Source: Nemertoderma westbladi
Taxonomy: Eukaryota > Animalia > Xenacoelomorpha
Assembly: GCA_032718475.1 (NCBI GenBank)
Contig: JAUCBJ010001680.1
Span: 1-42,891, forward strand
Length of the DNA stretch: 42,891 bases
Reading direction: 5' to 3'
Of this stretch, positions 10,901 through 21,117 are shown piece by piece. Numbering within the stretch: the first letter of the stretch is position 1; every line of letters starts with the position of its first letter. Position numbers and translations under genes: made by a program. Under the pieces are notes generated by a model. It had not been told where the DNA came from. It was given only the letters and a program-made list of their open reading frames with translations, and did not search any database.

Positions 10901-12853
10901 AAGAAACGTAACTCAATTTTCTTAGAAGTGTTTTTAATTGGGATAAACGCACTCAGTGAAATATATCGTTCTGTATTTCTCGGTATAACCTTTATATCCC
11001 AATCCGTGTATTTCTTATCTCTAAATCCGCTTTGTAATATACAATGTATATCGTAATTGTTGGAATTATGGCCACAAAGTACGTACAGGTATCGTTTCAA
11101 TGATAAACTTCGGTTACAACTATTACAGGCTGCCGCAATATATTTACCTGTAATATGTGAATGGTGTCTGTTTTTCCCTACATTATTATTTAAAGTAACA
11201 TTACAATAAAAACAAAATTTTGCTTGTTCAAAATTTACAAAATCAATATTAGTAAATGACATAGTTTTATGAGTGTATATGTCTGACCAACAACATAATT
11301 CAGTTAAATCAGATCAGTATATAATGAATCTAAGAAATCTTGAATACAATTATTATTATTTGACTTTACGAATGTTTTCAAATGACATTTTGGAGGGTTA
11401 ATTAATTCAGTATTGGGAACAATTAAATAACTCACAGCACACGGTATATGCTCCTGTATAATTTGATTATTAACTGACGGTTGTAAGATACATTCTATAT
11501 CAAAGTAGGTGACAAACAATGGGGATAAGGTTCTATCTAAATTTGTAAAACTAATGTGTGTTCTTTTTTTATTAGGTAGTTTCTCGCGCTGACTTCTTCC
11601 TTGGTAGCAGGCGAGACGGTGTTGATGAAGAACTTCCGATCGAAAAAAATGAGCCAAACACCTTTCGCAATATTTCCTATTCCTGATATGAAGTGCTCTC
11701 GTATTCAGAAATCGATTCAAGTAAGTTATGCAAACATAATGATTCAGTTTAGGTACATTGTTATTTTTTACTACAAGTAATATATTTAATAACTGTTTAT
11801 CAGGTGTAATTTTACTAAACGGAGGTTGTCTTAATATAGATACTGGGGTGCGTTTGTTGTCGTTATTCCAACATAGTAAATTAATTATATATTTTGAATT
11901 TTGTTTTTCAAAAAGTTTAATCGCTAACTGCCACTCTGTTGGATAATCTTTGTTCCCGTTGTCAAAAATGAAATGAGTCATATAATTTTTGTACGATGAA
12001 GTATGGTTTTTATTATTTTTCACTTTGCTACCAAATTTTGCGGATATAATAGACCATTTGAAACAATCATTATCAGCCGTTTGTATATTTATTGTACATT
12101 TTTTAGCGATAAAGCCTTAGGTAATTCCATATATCCATGCCCCTTATATAGTAACGACCTACACTTAGATTCAGCTAATTTAATTTCAACCCTTAATAAA
12201 GATTTAATACGCCACCCAGAACCACGTGTGTTAAAGATGGCTATTTTTTGTAATATATTTTCCACAACATACTCAAACCAAGTGTCAAAACTTTGCGGCG
12301 AATCTGCAGTATTAATAGCACCACCGGAAGAATTAAAATAAAAGGTTTCCAATTGCTCACCTACTGAAAAATGTGACCTGTACATTAATACATTTAGACC
12401 TAACCACAGTCTAAGAACATTCATTTCTTTCAATCTATCTAATATTAACTGAAGAATATTACCTCGAATTTGTGTTAATGCTGTTTCTACATCGGGATAA
12501 TCTCTAGAAGTTGGGAGGTCGTGGACATAAATTTCAAGACGATTATCGTGAGCTTCTTGTTCCCGCGTAAAAATTGTTGCGCATGTACCAAGAGCCACCC
12601 TTAAGTTTTTTCTAGATAATATATTTTTATGTTGCGGAAATTTACGCTTTCTTGTGTAGTAACATTTCAAGTGACAATCGTGTCGTAAATAATTGTCATA
12701 TGTATACTCTTTATTACAGGTAGAACAAGTCAATTGATAGGTGCGGAACTCCATTTCTTTACAACCAGTAGTTGTTTCATGTCGTTTACAAATTTCGCTG
12801 CATGAAGTCACGACATGACACTTTAAACATTGACACTTTCAAAATGTGACCAT
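7858..12853 (-). pseudogene. Protein-primed family B DNA polymerase with inserted endonuclease VII-like domain, disrupted
   Basis: Collinear pieces: GSGW; INIQ..DNDCFKW; YFDIEC (ExoI); C..C..HHSHITGKY..AACNSCN (EndoVII); HNSNNYD; FLDTY; RKGVFPYEY; YLKLDV.LL; IRGG; DFNSLY; KLLNNSLFGK; SDTDS; LRPKLYS; DDK. Lesions near 12840, 12100, 11310, 8788-9778 and 8185. Confidence 0.95.
8788..9778. mobile_element. Non-autonomous piggyBac-like DNA transposon inserted in pPolB
   Basis: TTAA at 8784-8787 and 9779-9782; termini CCCTATTCAACCTG.. and ..CAGGTTGGATAGGG, with further inverted match TGTTGGCGTTTTC(T/C)GCCAACA; no transposase ORF. Confidence 0.9.
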
Positions 12854-13113
12854 AGGTGGCGTAAGTAATTATGTCTAGTTACATTCATATGACAGAATGA
12901 ACAACATATTGTTATTTTATCCATGTTGAAGTTTGTTTAGATAAATAATAAAAATAATAATAATAAAATATCTCCAAAGATTAAAATAAAATGAAATGAT
13001 ATGATATTGACTACATCTAAACATTTATATGCTAGCGAGGGAAATAATTTTAAACCAATCACCAATCGCTTATGACTATTGGAAACCGCAAAGAGTTTAA
13101 CTTATGATTAGGC

Positions 13114-14179
13114 TTACATGTTAGGATAATAATCTGGTTTCCATGGAGAATTAGTAACAGGCTCTACTAGAACTGGGTTACTGACAACTTTCTGTTTCTT
13201 TGCAGGTGATGCGTTGGTAAATTTACTCGATGATCTTGGCTTCCGAGGTAATATTTCAGGAAAGATTTGTTGCGGTTGAGAGCAACTCTCTTCAACATCC
13301 GGATTAGGTGATGGGATCTCTAGGAATGCTTTAGGTTTATCCAAAAGGACAAAACCGTCAACATGGGCTTCAGTAAGAGAAACACCATCCAACGATTCTT
13401 TGAGAAAACTAATATGGGCTTTATCATTCAAGTAATGCAACTCGATAGAATTTCCGCCGGCACCTACTTCAGTAGAATTATCGGTGTTGGTGATAATAAT
13501 TTTTTTATTATTGGTTTTAATCATTTTGAGCCGGTCTGATAATTGAATGATATTTTTATCAAAAAGATGCTTGTCTGTTAACATCGACTTGGTTGTCCCA
13601 CTCTCGCAACAAAACGGTTAGTTCCTGTTTTGACAAATTGAAACCCGAATAATAGTTAAAACCAACACTATCGGTGTATCTGAGGCTGATTTTCCATAAG
13701 CCAACATAGTTGGTTCCTTTAAAAGCTGTTACAAATCCAATAAACTCTGGATTTGATAATTCAATGTAGAATTGATCGCTAATAATCTCTAGCGGTGGAG
13801 AGAGAAATTGCAATAATTTCCCTCTGTATTGAATTAGAACTTCAGTAAAAGCTTTGTTGAGAACTTTACATTTGCCTTGTTTCTGAACGTAAACATCACC
13901 CGATGTGGGGTTGATGGAAATATTCAAATTTCCCCGCGCAAAACGAAGAGTGGGATATATCCTACCTGGTATAATTGCTGGTCTGGATTGATGTTGGTTG
14001 TTGTTGGTTGTTTCTAGAATGTCTAACAAATAGCGGGTATCTTGATGGGAAAAACAAATTGTTTCGTTGTCCTCCTGAGATTCCACAATAAAATACTTGC
14101 TGTGAACGACGGTACAAGTATATTTATTGTAAGTAAATTTCCAGCCATTTGTTGCTCCGGTTTTTTGCGTTAAGGCCAT
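13114..14179 (-). CDS. Two overlapping ORFs (13559..14179, 13114..13584), possibly one frameshifted gene; possible PC4-like ssDNA-binding domain
   Basis: FVTAFKGTNYVGLWK..GFNLSKQELTVL resembles the PC4 pattern V.EFKG...IDIR..GISL..EQ..L; C-terminal PAKKQK NLS-like, Pro/Ser-rich tail. Confidence 0.4.
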
Positions 14180-14201
14180 AATAATAATAAATACGAAAAA
14201 T

Positions 14202-14557
14202 ATTACAAGTGATAAATTTTAAACCGTATCGCTGTAATAAATTGACACCATAGTTCTCACTCTAAAATTGTGTTTGGTCGGAAGACGACGCCTAAGAAAA
14301 ATGTTGCTGAGTTCGACATTAGGTATCGACTCAAAAACAAAAATCGAGTGAGACACGTAGCTCAGATTTTCGTTTTTAGGTCGATACCCAATGCTGGAAT
14401 CAGTATCATTTTATGAGGTGTCGTTTTCCGACCAACGAATATACAACGAGTAAGATAATGTATAAATTATTAAGGAAAAAACACAATGTCAGAGTGAGAA
14501 CAAAAAATTAGATATGGTATCAATATATTACCATGAAGATTACAAGTGATGAATTTT
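14202..14557. repeat. Imperfect long hairpin (MITE-like) bracketed by a 19-bp direct repeat
   Basis: Arm TTGGTCGGAAGACGAC..GGTATCGACTCAAAAACAAAAATC (14274-14345) is inverted at 14365-14435; outer arms GTTCTCACTCT/AGAGTGAGAAC; ATTACAAGTGAT(A/G)AATTTT at 14202 and 14539. Confidence 0.75.
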
Positions 14558-14858
14558 ATTAAAAGCATTCAGTTATATATATATAAATTTGCGATGTGGC
14601 ATAGTCAACGAAGAAGAGATGGTACGTGTCATAATCATCGACGAATAAGAAAAGAGATGGAGTGCAACGTGGATGAATAGCTGGCTGGTTGATTGCGTGG
14701 ATAGGAAATACGTGAAAGAATATGAATCATAGGGTTGTGTGTAATAATAATCAATAATAATTATTATAATAAAAACGCTCAGTATAATAAAGTTAGTGGT
14801 GGTGGTGGTAGCCTTTCAATATGGCGCAGATGCTGTGGGATTGGTTAGGTTGAGTAAT

Positions 14859-15047
14859 TATGGAAATATCCGTATACGTGTAGCTGGAACGTGGCGGAAT
14901 TTCACGTATCATAGCGTTGTACTGGTAGGCTGCTTGGTTGGTTGCCTGGATAGGAAATAACTATGGAAATATTCGTATACGTGTAGCTGGAACGTGGCGG
15001 AATTTCACGTATCATAGCGTTGGACTGGTAGGCTGCTTGGTTGGTTG
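14859..15047. repeat. Subterminal tandem duplication (~85-bp core, ~104-bp period) in the Polinton terminal region
   Basis: TATGGAAATAT(C/T)CGTATACGTGTAGCTGGAACGTGGCGGAATTTCACG..GCTTGGTTGGTTG occurs twice. Confidence 0.9.
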
Positions 15048-15274
15048 GATTGGCGACAGCCGTCGAAGAGTAGCACTGGCTAGCGGTGGTGAGTTGGCAA
15101 TCGATATAATATAATAGCGTAGTGGGGGCTAGCCATGCATCGTGAAGTTAGGTTACGCGAAGATGAATATGCGATGGTTGGTTGATGCAACAACGCGAAT
15201 CAATACTGACGGTTGGTAACAGCTATCGAGTAAGGCAGGCATCGTGAGGTTAGGCTACGCGTAGGTGATAGGCA

Positions 15275-15418
15275 ACGATTGGTTGAAGGCATCAATACTG
15301 TTGGTGACAGATGGTCATTAAACATCGCGATTTAGCACCTTTTTAATAGCCCTCCGAGATGCAGCCCGTAGCCCAGGCTAGGGAGGAGTATGATGAGGGC
15401 CATGCTTCTCCTACTACT
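15275..15418 (+). repeat. Outer 144 bp of the Polinton right terminal inverted repeat
   Basis: Identical to 16048-16191; ends CTACTACT. Confidence 0.9.
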
Positions 15419-16047
15419 GACATGGTCGCTCTGGCAATGGAATATAACATCGACATCATCTGCATCCAAGAACATCGGATTTGTCATGAAGACACTGCCA
15501 TGAAGTACAATAACATGGGAAATGGATGGACGTTACTAACAAGCTCAGCAGTAAGAAACTCGGCCAATGCATCAATTGGTGGAGTAGGAATTCTGCTAAG
15601 CCCATTTGAACTTAAACCCTAAACAACATCGAATCTATAAATTCCAGGGTTATGATCGCAACATTTGATGGGAATCCCAAGGCAACAGTTGTATGTTGCT
15701 ACAGTCCAACCAATGCCTCAGAGCCAGAACAAGCAGTCAAGTTTTATGAAGAACTGACTGGACTTATAAAGGACATACCGAGACACAATGTTAAAGTCAT
15801 TGCTGGTGACCTGAATGCGCAAATTGGCCCAGAAGACATCAGGGGTTACACCTATAACACCAGTTCTAACAGAAATGGGTACTTACTTTTAGACCTAATG
15901 GAAGAATGTGAATTGATACCAACAAACAACACATTCGAAAAGAGTAAGGGGAAGCTATGGACCTTTCAATACCCTAATGGAACCAAAGCACAACTGGATT
16001 ACATCCTTATAAACAAAAAGTGGAGAAACAGCATGATCGATCGATCG

Positions 16048-16191
16048 ACGATTGGTTGAAGGCATCAATACTGTTGGTGACAGATGGTCATTAAACATCG
16101 CGATTTAGCACCTTTTTAATAGCCCTCCGAGATGCAGCCCGTAGCCCAGGCTAGGGAGGAGTATGATGAGGGCCATGCTTCTCCTACTACT
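16048..16191 (+). repeat. Displaced, inverted copy of the Polinton left terminus (144 bp)
   Basis: Followed by CATGTC (reverse complement of TSD GACATG) and by the reverse-complemented 5' part of the RTE endonuclease. Confidence 0.85.
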
Positions 16192-16400
16192 CATGTCACC
16201 CTGTTTGGTATGTTCTTTCAGCGTGCGTGCGTTCATTGTAGCAATCTTTAGTGTCTTTTTTACATTTCAACAGGTTGGTTCTTCTTTCTTCTCTGTCTTC
16301 TGTTCCAGTAGCCAATTTATCGACCCCAGCCTGGTGTACCACTGAGGGACGCGGTCCTTGTTGACCCGGGAGACGACCGAGCCGGTATTTCTCCTGGAGG
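16192..16400 (-). mobile_element. Inverted 5' segment of the same RTE element (start of the APE domain); right boundary approximate
   Basis: Minus strand reads KTLKIATMNARTLKEHTKQG-DM, which joins through GACATG to DMVALAMEYNIDIICIQEHR at 15419. Confidence 0.85.
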
Positions 16401-16875
16401 GTTCTCAACAGCGACCAAGAATGTAGTTAAGGCTGCATCTAGGTCCCTGAACAGGCAGTACTCTTTTAATTTACAGGAGCTAATAAACCAACAGGTTGAT
16501 GCCATCAATGATGCTGACGACAGCAGGCAATCATCCCAGGCATGGAGATCGATCAACTTGCTTGCTGGTCGAAAAAGCCAACCAACCACCAAGGTTAAGG
16601 CTGAATCACCAGCCGATCGCCTCAATGGTTGGAAGGCCCACTTTGAAAAGCTCCTCAATATTGACAGGATATTGCCTGATAACTTTATAGAAGTAAAAGT
16701 GTCTGAGTCTGTACTCCCAGATATTCCCATTGGTGATATCTCCTTTGCAGAAGTGAAGGCTGCTGCAAAGAGCATTAAGACCAATCGTGCCAGTGGAGTA
16801 GATGGTGTTCCCCCTGAGGTCTTTAAAATACCTGAGTGTTTAAAGCTCATATATCCCATCATAGTAGACATGTAC

Positions 16876-17510
16876 CGAACACGTTCGTGGGGACTTCGCG
16901 CAGCACGTAGTCGGCAAGCCTTGGCATACGGTTCATATAGAGCAAATGGGGCATGTCTAGTTTGAACCCCATATCCCATGCTATAAATGTATTCATTCGA
17001 TATACAATCATATGTTAATCCGCTAGGTGGTGTCAAATTGTTATTCTGCAATTTTGTACTTACCAGTGCAGCACTGTACAGCAGTACCGTACCGGTAGGC
17101 CTATGTCATTACTTCTGAGTCTCTAGCGGATCCCCAATTAAATGTCTTAACTTTTCAATTTCGTAAAAGATAGACTTCATGATTCTCTACAGGTCACCAA
17201 AATTTCAGCTCAGGAAAATGAGGCCTTCCCGAGAAATTTAACATTTTCTAAAAACCACAAAATCTGTCGTAGCTGACGTCAGACTGCATGATTTTTCACC
17301 AAACTTTACAAACTTTCTAAACTTTCTCTCTACTACTTGCCTACTAAGTTTGGTTTAATTCCGAACCAGCGATGCCGAGAAATTCGCGTTCAAACATTTA
17401 CCAGACAGACGGACGGACAGACAGACAGACGGACAGACAGACAGACGGACATGCCCCATTTACCCTATATGAACCGTATGCCAAGGCTCGCCGACTACGT
17501 GTCTCGCCCC
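16876..17510 (-). mobile_element. Non-autonomous Helentron/DINE-1-like element inserted in RTE copy 1
   Basis: ~55-bp subterminal inverted repeats (CACGTAGTCGGC..GGGGCATGTC and GACATGCCCC..GCCGACTACGTG), (GACA/GACG)n microsatellite 17402-17450, terminal mini-hairpin CGAACACGTTCG, no clear TSD; removal rejoins IVDMY-TTRVPQE in frame. Confidence 0.7.
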
Positions 17511-18999
17511 ACAACAAGAGTCCCACAAGAAATGAAAACAAATAAGTTGGTGCCAGTTCCCAAGAAGGCCAACCTAACACTCTATGGTTCTTTTCGGGGA
17601 ATCTCATTGATCTCGATTGCTGCAAAGCTATACAATAGAATTCTATTAAATCGCCTCAGGGATCCCATTGAGAGACTGATCCGTGGAAATCAGAATGGGT
17701 TCCGTAAAGGTCGTGGGACCATGGAGCCCATTTTGGTACTTAGAAGGATAATTGAAAAAATAATTATATAATTAATAATAATTATATATAAAATAATTAT
17801 CAAAAAAGAAAGACAGGCATCTGGCTGTTATCTTTGTTGACTTCTTCAAGGCCTTTGATTCAGTCTCTCGCTCACGTATGTTCAGCATACTTTCATTATA
17901 TGGGATTCCTGATGAAATTATTGCAGCAATCAGATCAGTATACGATGGTTCGACAACATTTGTGTCTACAGTTGACGGTGACACAGAACCATTTGAAGTG
18001 TTATGGGGCGTCCTCCAGGGAGACACACTTGCACCATTCTTGTTCATAATTGTTGTTGACTATGTTCTACGCATGTCCTTAGATCATCATAATGATGATG
18101 GGGTGATGATAACTCCACCTACTGGCTCCAGAAGTCGAGGAAATCCTGCCAAGTACCTAACTGATCTAGACTTTGCTGATGACTTAGGAGTACTCTCAGA
18201 ATCACTAGAGGGAGCCCAACGGCTCCTCATCTCATCACAACATGCTGCTTCTAGTGTTGGTCTTTTTAATAACTCCAGAAAGACCAAAATTTTGACAGTT
18301 AACTTTGAAAGTCCTCAGCAAGTCTCTGATCGGATGAGCATAAGCTCAAAAGATGGTATGCTTGAGCATGTGGATGACTTCTGTTACCTGGGATCATGGA
18401 TCCGGAAGTCAGGTGAGGACCTTCGAATACGCAAGGGAAAGGCATGGGCAGCCTTGAATAGGCTTTCCGGGATTTGGAAGTCACCGAGAATTAATCGGAA
18501 ACTTAAGGTCCGATTATTTAGAGCGGCAGTAGTTCCAGTACTCCTCTATGGGGGTCCATGCTGGGCTCTAACTGCTGAGGACACCAAATCTCTGGATGAC
18601 ACATTCACAAGAATGCTACGCCGGGTTCATTGTGTCAAGTACAATGCACACATCTCCAACCAGACACTATATAACATTGGAGGTGTCTCATTGGTTCCCC
18701 CAAGCTTGACACTAGAACAAAATCGCATCCGCTTTGCAGGACATTACTTTCGCCGTGAGGACCAGCCAGTGCATAATCTTGTACTTTGGCAGCCTCAAGG
18801 AGTGAATAAGCATGGTGGACAGCCCATGACTTTCTTGAGACGCATCTTAAAGGACACTGGCCTTGAAGATGCGGATGATCTAGCAAATGTCATGGGTGAT
18901 AGGGAGTTGTGGCGGTGCAATTTTATCGATAAGCCGGCACAGCATCCTTAATAATGCAACTGCAATGCAGCATGCCAATCCTAGTAGTAGTAGTAGTAG

Positions 19000-19455
19000 T
19001 TGAAGTTTGAAACACAATTAGTTCCACTGAAAAGCTTGCGTTGCAAGGATTCGAAATATTTAACACTATCTTAATTTCGTTGGGAAACAGCTGAGATATA
19101 GGCGTTCAAAGAATGCAAGAGCAACCAATCGTTGTAGGCTATTTATTCTATTTGATAAGTACACAAAATTCTAGAATGTGTTATGTATTTTATGAGTTGG
19201 TTGGCAACAGCGGCATTCCTATCTAATATAGCTGTTATTCATACTTAAACAAAATGTTCCAAAACATCATTCAGATATTGTTACTTATTTCGAATCCTTG
19301 CAACGCAAGCTTTTGAGTGGAAGCAGTTGTGTTCCAAACTTCAAGCAATATGATAAAGATTTGTAGAAAAATCTGGGGGCTACAGAACGACAGACACACC
19401 GATTGAGATAGTGGTACCATTATGCTAAGCTCGCTTATTTTCGTGGCTCGCCCCA
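19000..19455. repeat. Inverted-repeat element fragment (MITE/Helentron-like)
   Basis: ~58-bp inverted pair 19000-19057 and 19287-19344; ends CTCGCCCCACA like the element ending at 17510; related motif at 23394-23420. Confidence 0.6.
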
Positions 19456-20370
19456 CACTACATAACTCTATGAAATAATTAACATTGCCACAATACCCTA
19501 GTTTGTAAAAATTGATCGAATGTACAGTACTTTATAACAACACAACCTCACTTGTATTGATTCTTATACTAAAGAAACTGCAGGACTCCATACAGCATTT
19601 AACACAACAATATAGGCCTGCAGTAATAATAACTTTATTCTGTGAATGAATCAGCAAGCAGCATTATGATGACTGTCAATTGTGTACATTATTAAAATCG
19701 TTTTATTAGGGTAAATTTTTATGTAGTTTGTATTTGAGTTACAGTATAACCTGAATTTGAATTAATTATAACAAATAAAGATATTTATATTATAATAATT
19801 TAACATACAGTACGATTTGCTTTCTAAAAAGCACACTGTATGCTTTTTGCTTGCTTTTTTGTTACTTTTTCGCTCTAATCTAGACCAAAATCGGGAGAAA
19901 AAGTTGCACTTTTTTCCCTAGGGAAAAAGTAGCCCATAGTATTGCATTGGTTTTACTTTTTTCCCTGCGAAAAAAGCACAGTAAAATTAAATATTTTTGG
20001 TGGAATTCCTTAAATTTTATTGAATGTGTTCAAAGAGCATTGACGTAGAAAAGGTTTGCACGTAATTTGAACAAAATCCATGAAAGCACTCAAAAGTTAT
20101 TGCAAATTTAGTGTCGGCAAGGCGAACTCCAAAACGGAACTCAATATTGGTTTATGTAGTTAAGCGGCTCTCTACTTACGTAATAAATATTCGAGAACAC
20201 TAAATTATTTAACGTTGAGTGAGGCAGCATATCAGGAGTTGAAGAAGCCTACATTAATTTGAATTGCAGTAACTATGGAAGCAACATAGTAAAATACTGC
20301 AGTTCAATTTATTTTGTACCACTATATCAGTATGTCGCTGTACCGTACGTTTTATTCAATAATGTTCGTT

Positions 20371-20772
20371 AGCACCATTTTCGTTAGCAAAAGTTGTATA
20401 AAAATTCTCAAAAGTTATATATAAAATTTCCAAAAGTTGAATTAAAAGCCATATAAAAATTTCCAAAAGTTGAATTAAAAGCCATATAAAAATTTCCAAA
20501 AATTATATAAAAATTCGCAAAAGTTATATAAAAATTTCGAAAAGCTACTGTATATAAAGGTTTAAGAAGTTTACATGTTATAGGCCTACTATTATTATGT
20601 GTTCTAGAATATTCTCTTGACATTCTATATAACTTTTATGAATTTTTATATTACTTTTAGGAATTTTATAAAACTTTTTGGAATTTTTATATAGCTTTTA
20701 ATACAACTTTTGAAAATTTTATATATAACTTTTGAAAATTTTTAAACAACTTTTCCTAAAGAAAATGGTGCT
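20371..20772. mobile_element. Foldback-like MITE with arms built of short AT-rich tandem units
   Basis: AGCACCATTTTC..GAAAATGGTGCT termini; repeated AAAAGTT..ATATAAAAATTTCC units on the left mirrored by GAATTTTTATAT..AACTTTT units on the right. Confidence 0.75.
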
Positions 20773-20817
20773 TAAGCAATACCAATTAAACAAGTACCAA
20801 TTAAGAATAAAATTACG

Positions 20818-20951
20818 TATTACATGGGAAAAAAAACGTAGAACATATTTTTTTCAATATTCTCTCGAACCTTTATTAACCTCGCTGACGCTCGGTAAAT
20901 AAAATGCCTCGAGAAAAGTGAAAAAAATTCAAGTATTTTTCCCATGTAATA
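20818..20951. repeat. Small palindromic MITE-like element
   Basis: TATTACATGGGAAAA..TTTTCCCATGTAATA with partly complementary interior. Confidence 0.65.
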
Positions 20952-21117
20952 AATAATTATTGTGTTAAATTTTTATCTGTGAAGTTTACAGTATGACATT
21001 TTTTCGCAACTGGTTTATATTGTGGTAGCTCTCAATTTTTTTTTCTCATAAGAATATTTTCATATATTTTTTTTTACTTTTTTTATACGAGAAAGGCATT
21101 TCCTAAAGGAAATGCAA

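Larger units (their letters stand above)
1..15418. mobile_element. Endogenous Polinton/Maverick (adintovirus-like) element, right-hand portion; left part lies outside the window
   Basis: Co-occurrence of integrase C-terminus, penton-like genes, major capsid, adenain protease and pPolB; ends in ...CTACTACT at 15418 (Polinton termini are AGTAGT...ACTACT), followed by the 6-bp TSD GACATG. Confidence 0.95.
15419..19000 (+). mobile_element. RTE-clade non-LTR retrotransposon copy 1 (APE endonuclease + RT), fragmented
   Basis: IDIICIQEHR, GGVGILL, CYSPT, GDLNAQIG, QLDYIL (APE); RGISL, QNGFRKGR, FVDFFKAFDSV, GVLQGDTLAPFLF, DFADD, YLGS (RT); (TAG)n tail 18982-19000. Confidence 0.92.

Noticed and set aside
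15359-15622. ORF MQPVAQAREEY.. as a real gene
   Set aside because: Chimeric frame running from the Polinton TIR into the RTE endonuclease
16317-17051. 244-aa minus-strand ORF
   Set aside because: Antisense to the RTE linker and crosses two insertion junctions; not a coherent gene
18982-19000. AGTAGTAGT as a Polinton left terminus
   Set aside because: The same (TAG)n tail ends RTE copy 2 just before its TSD, and no TIR sequence follows
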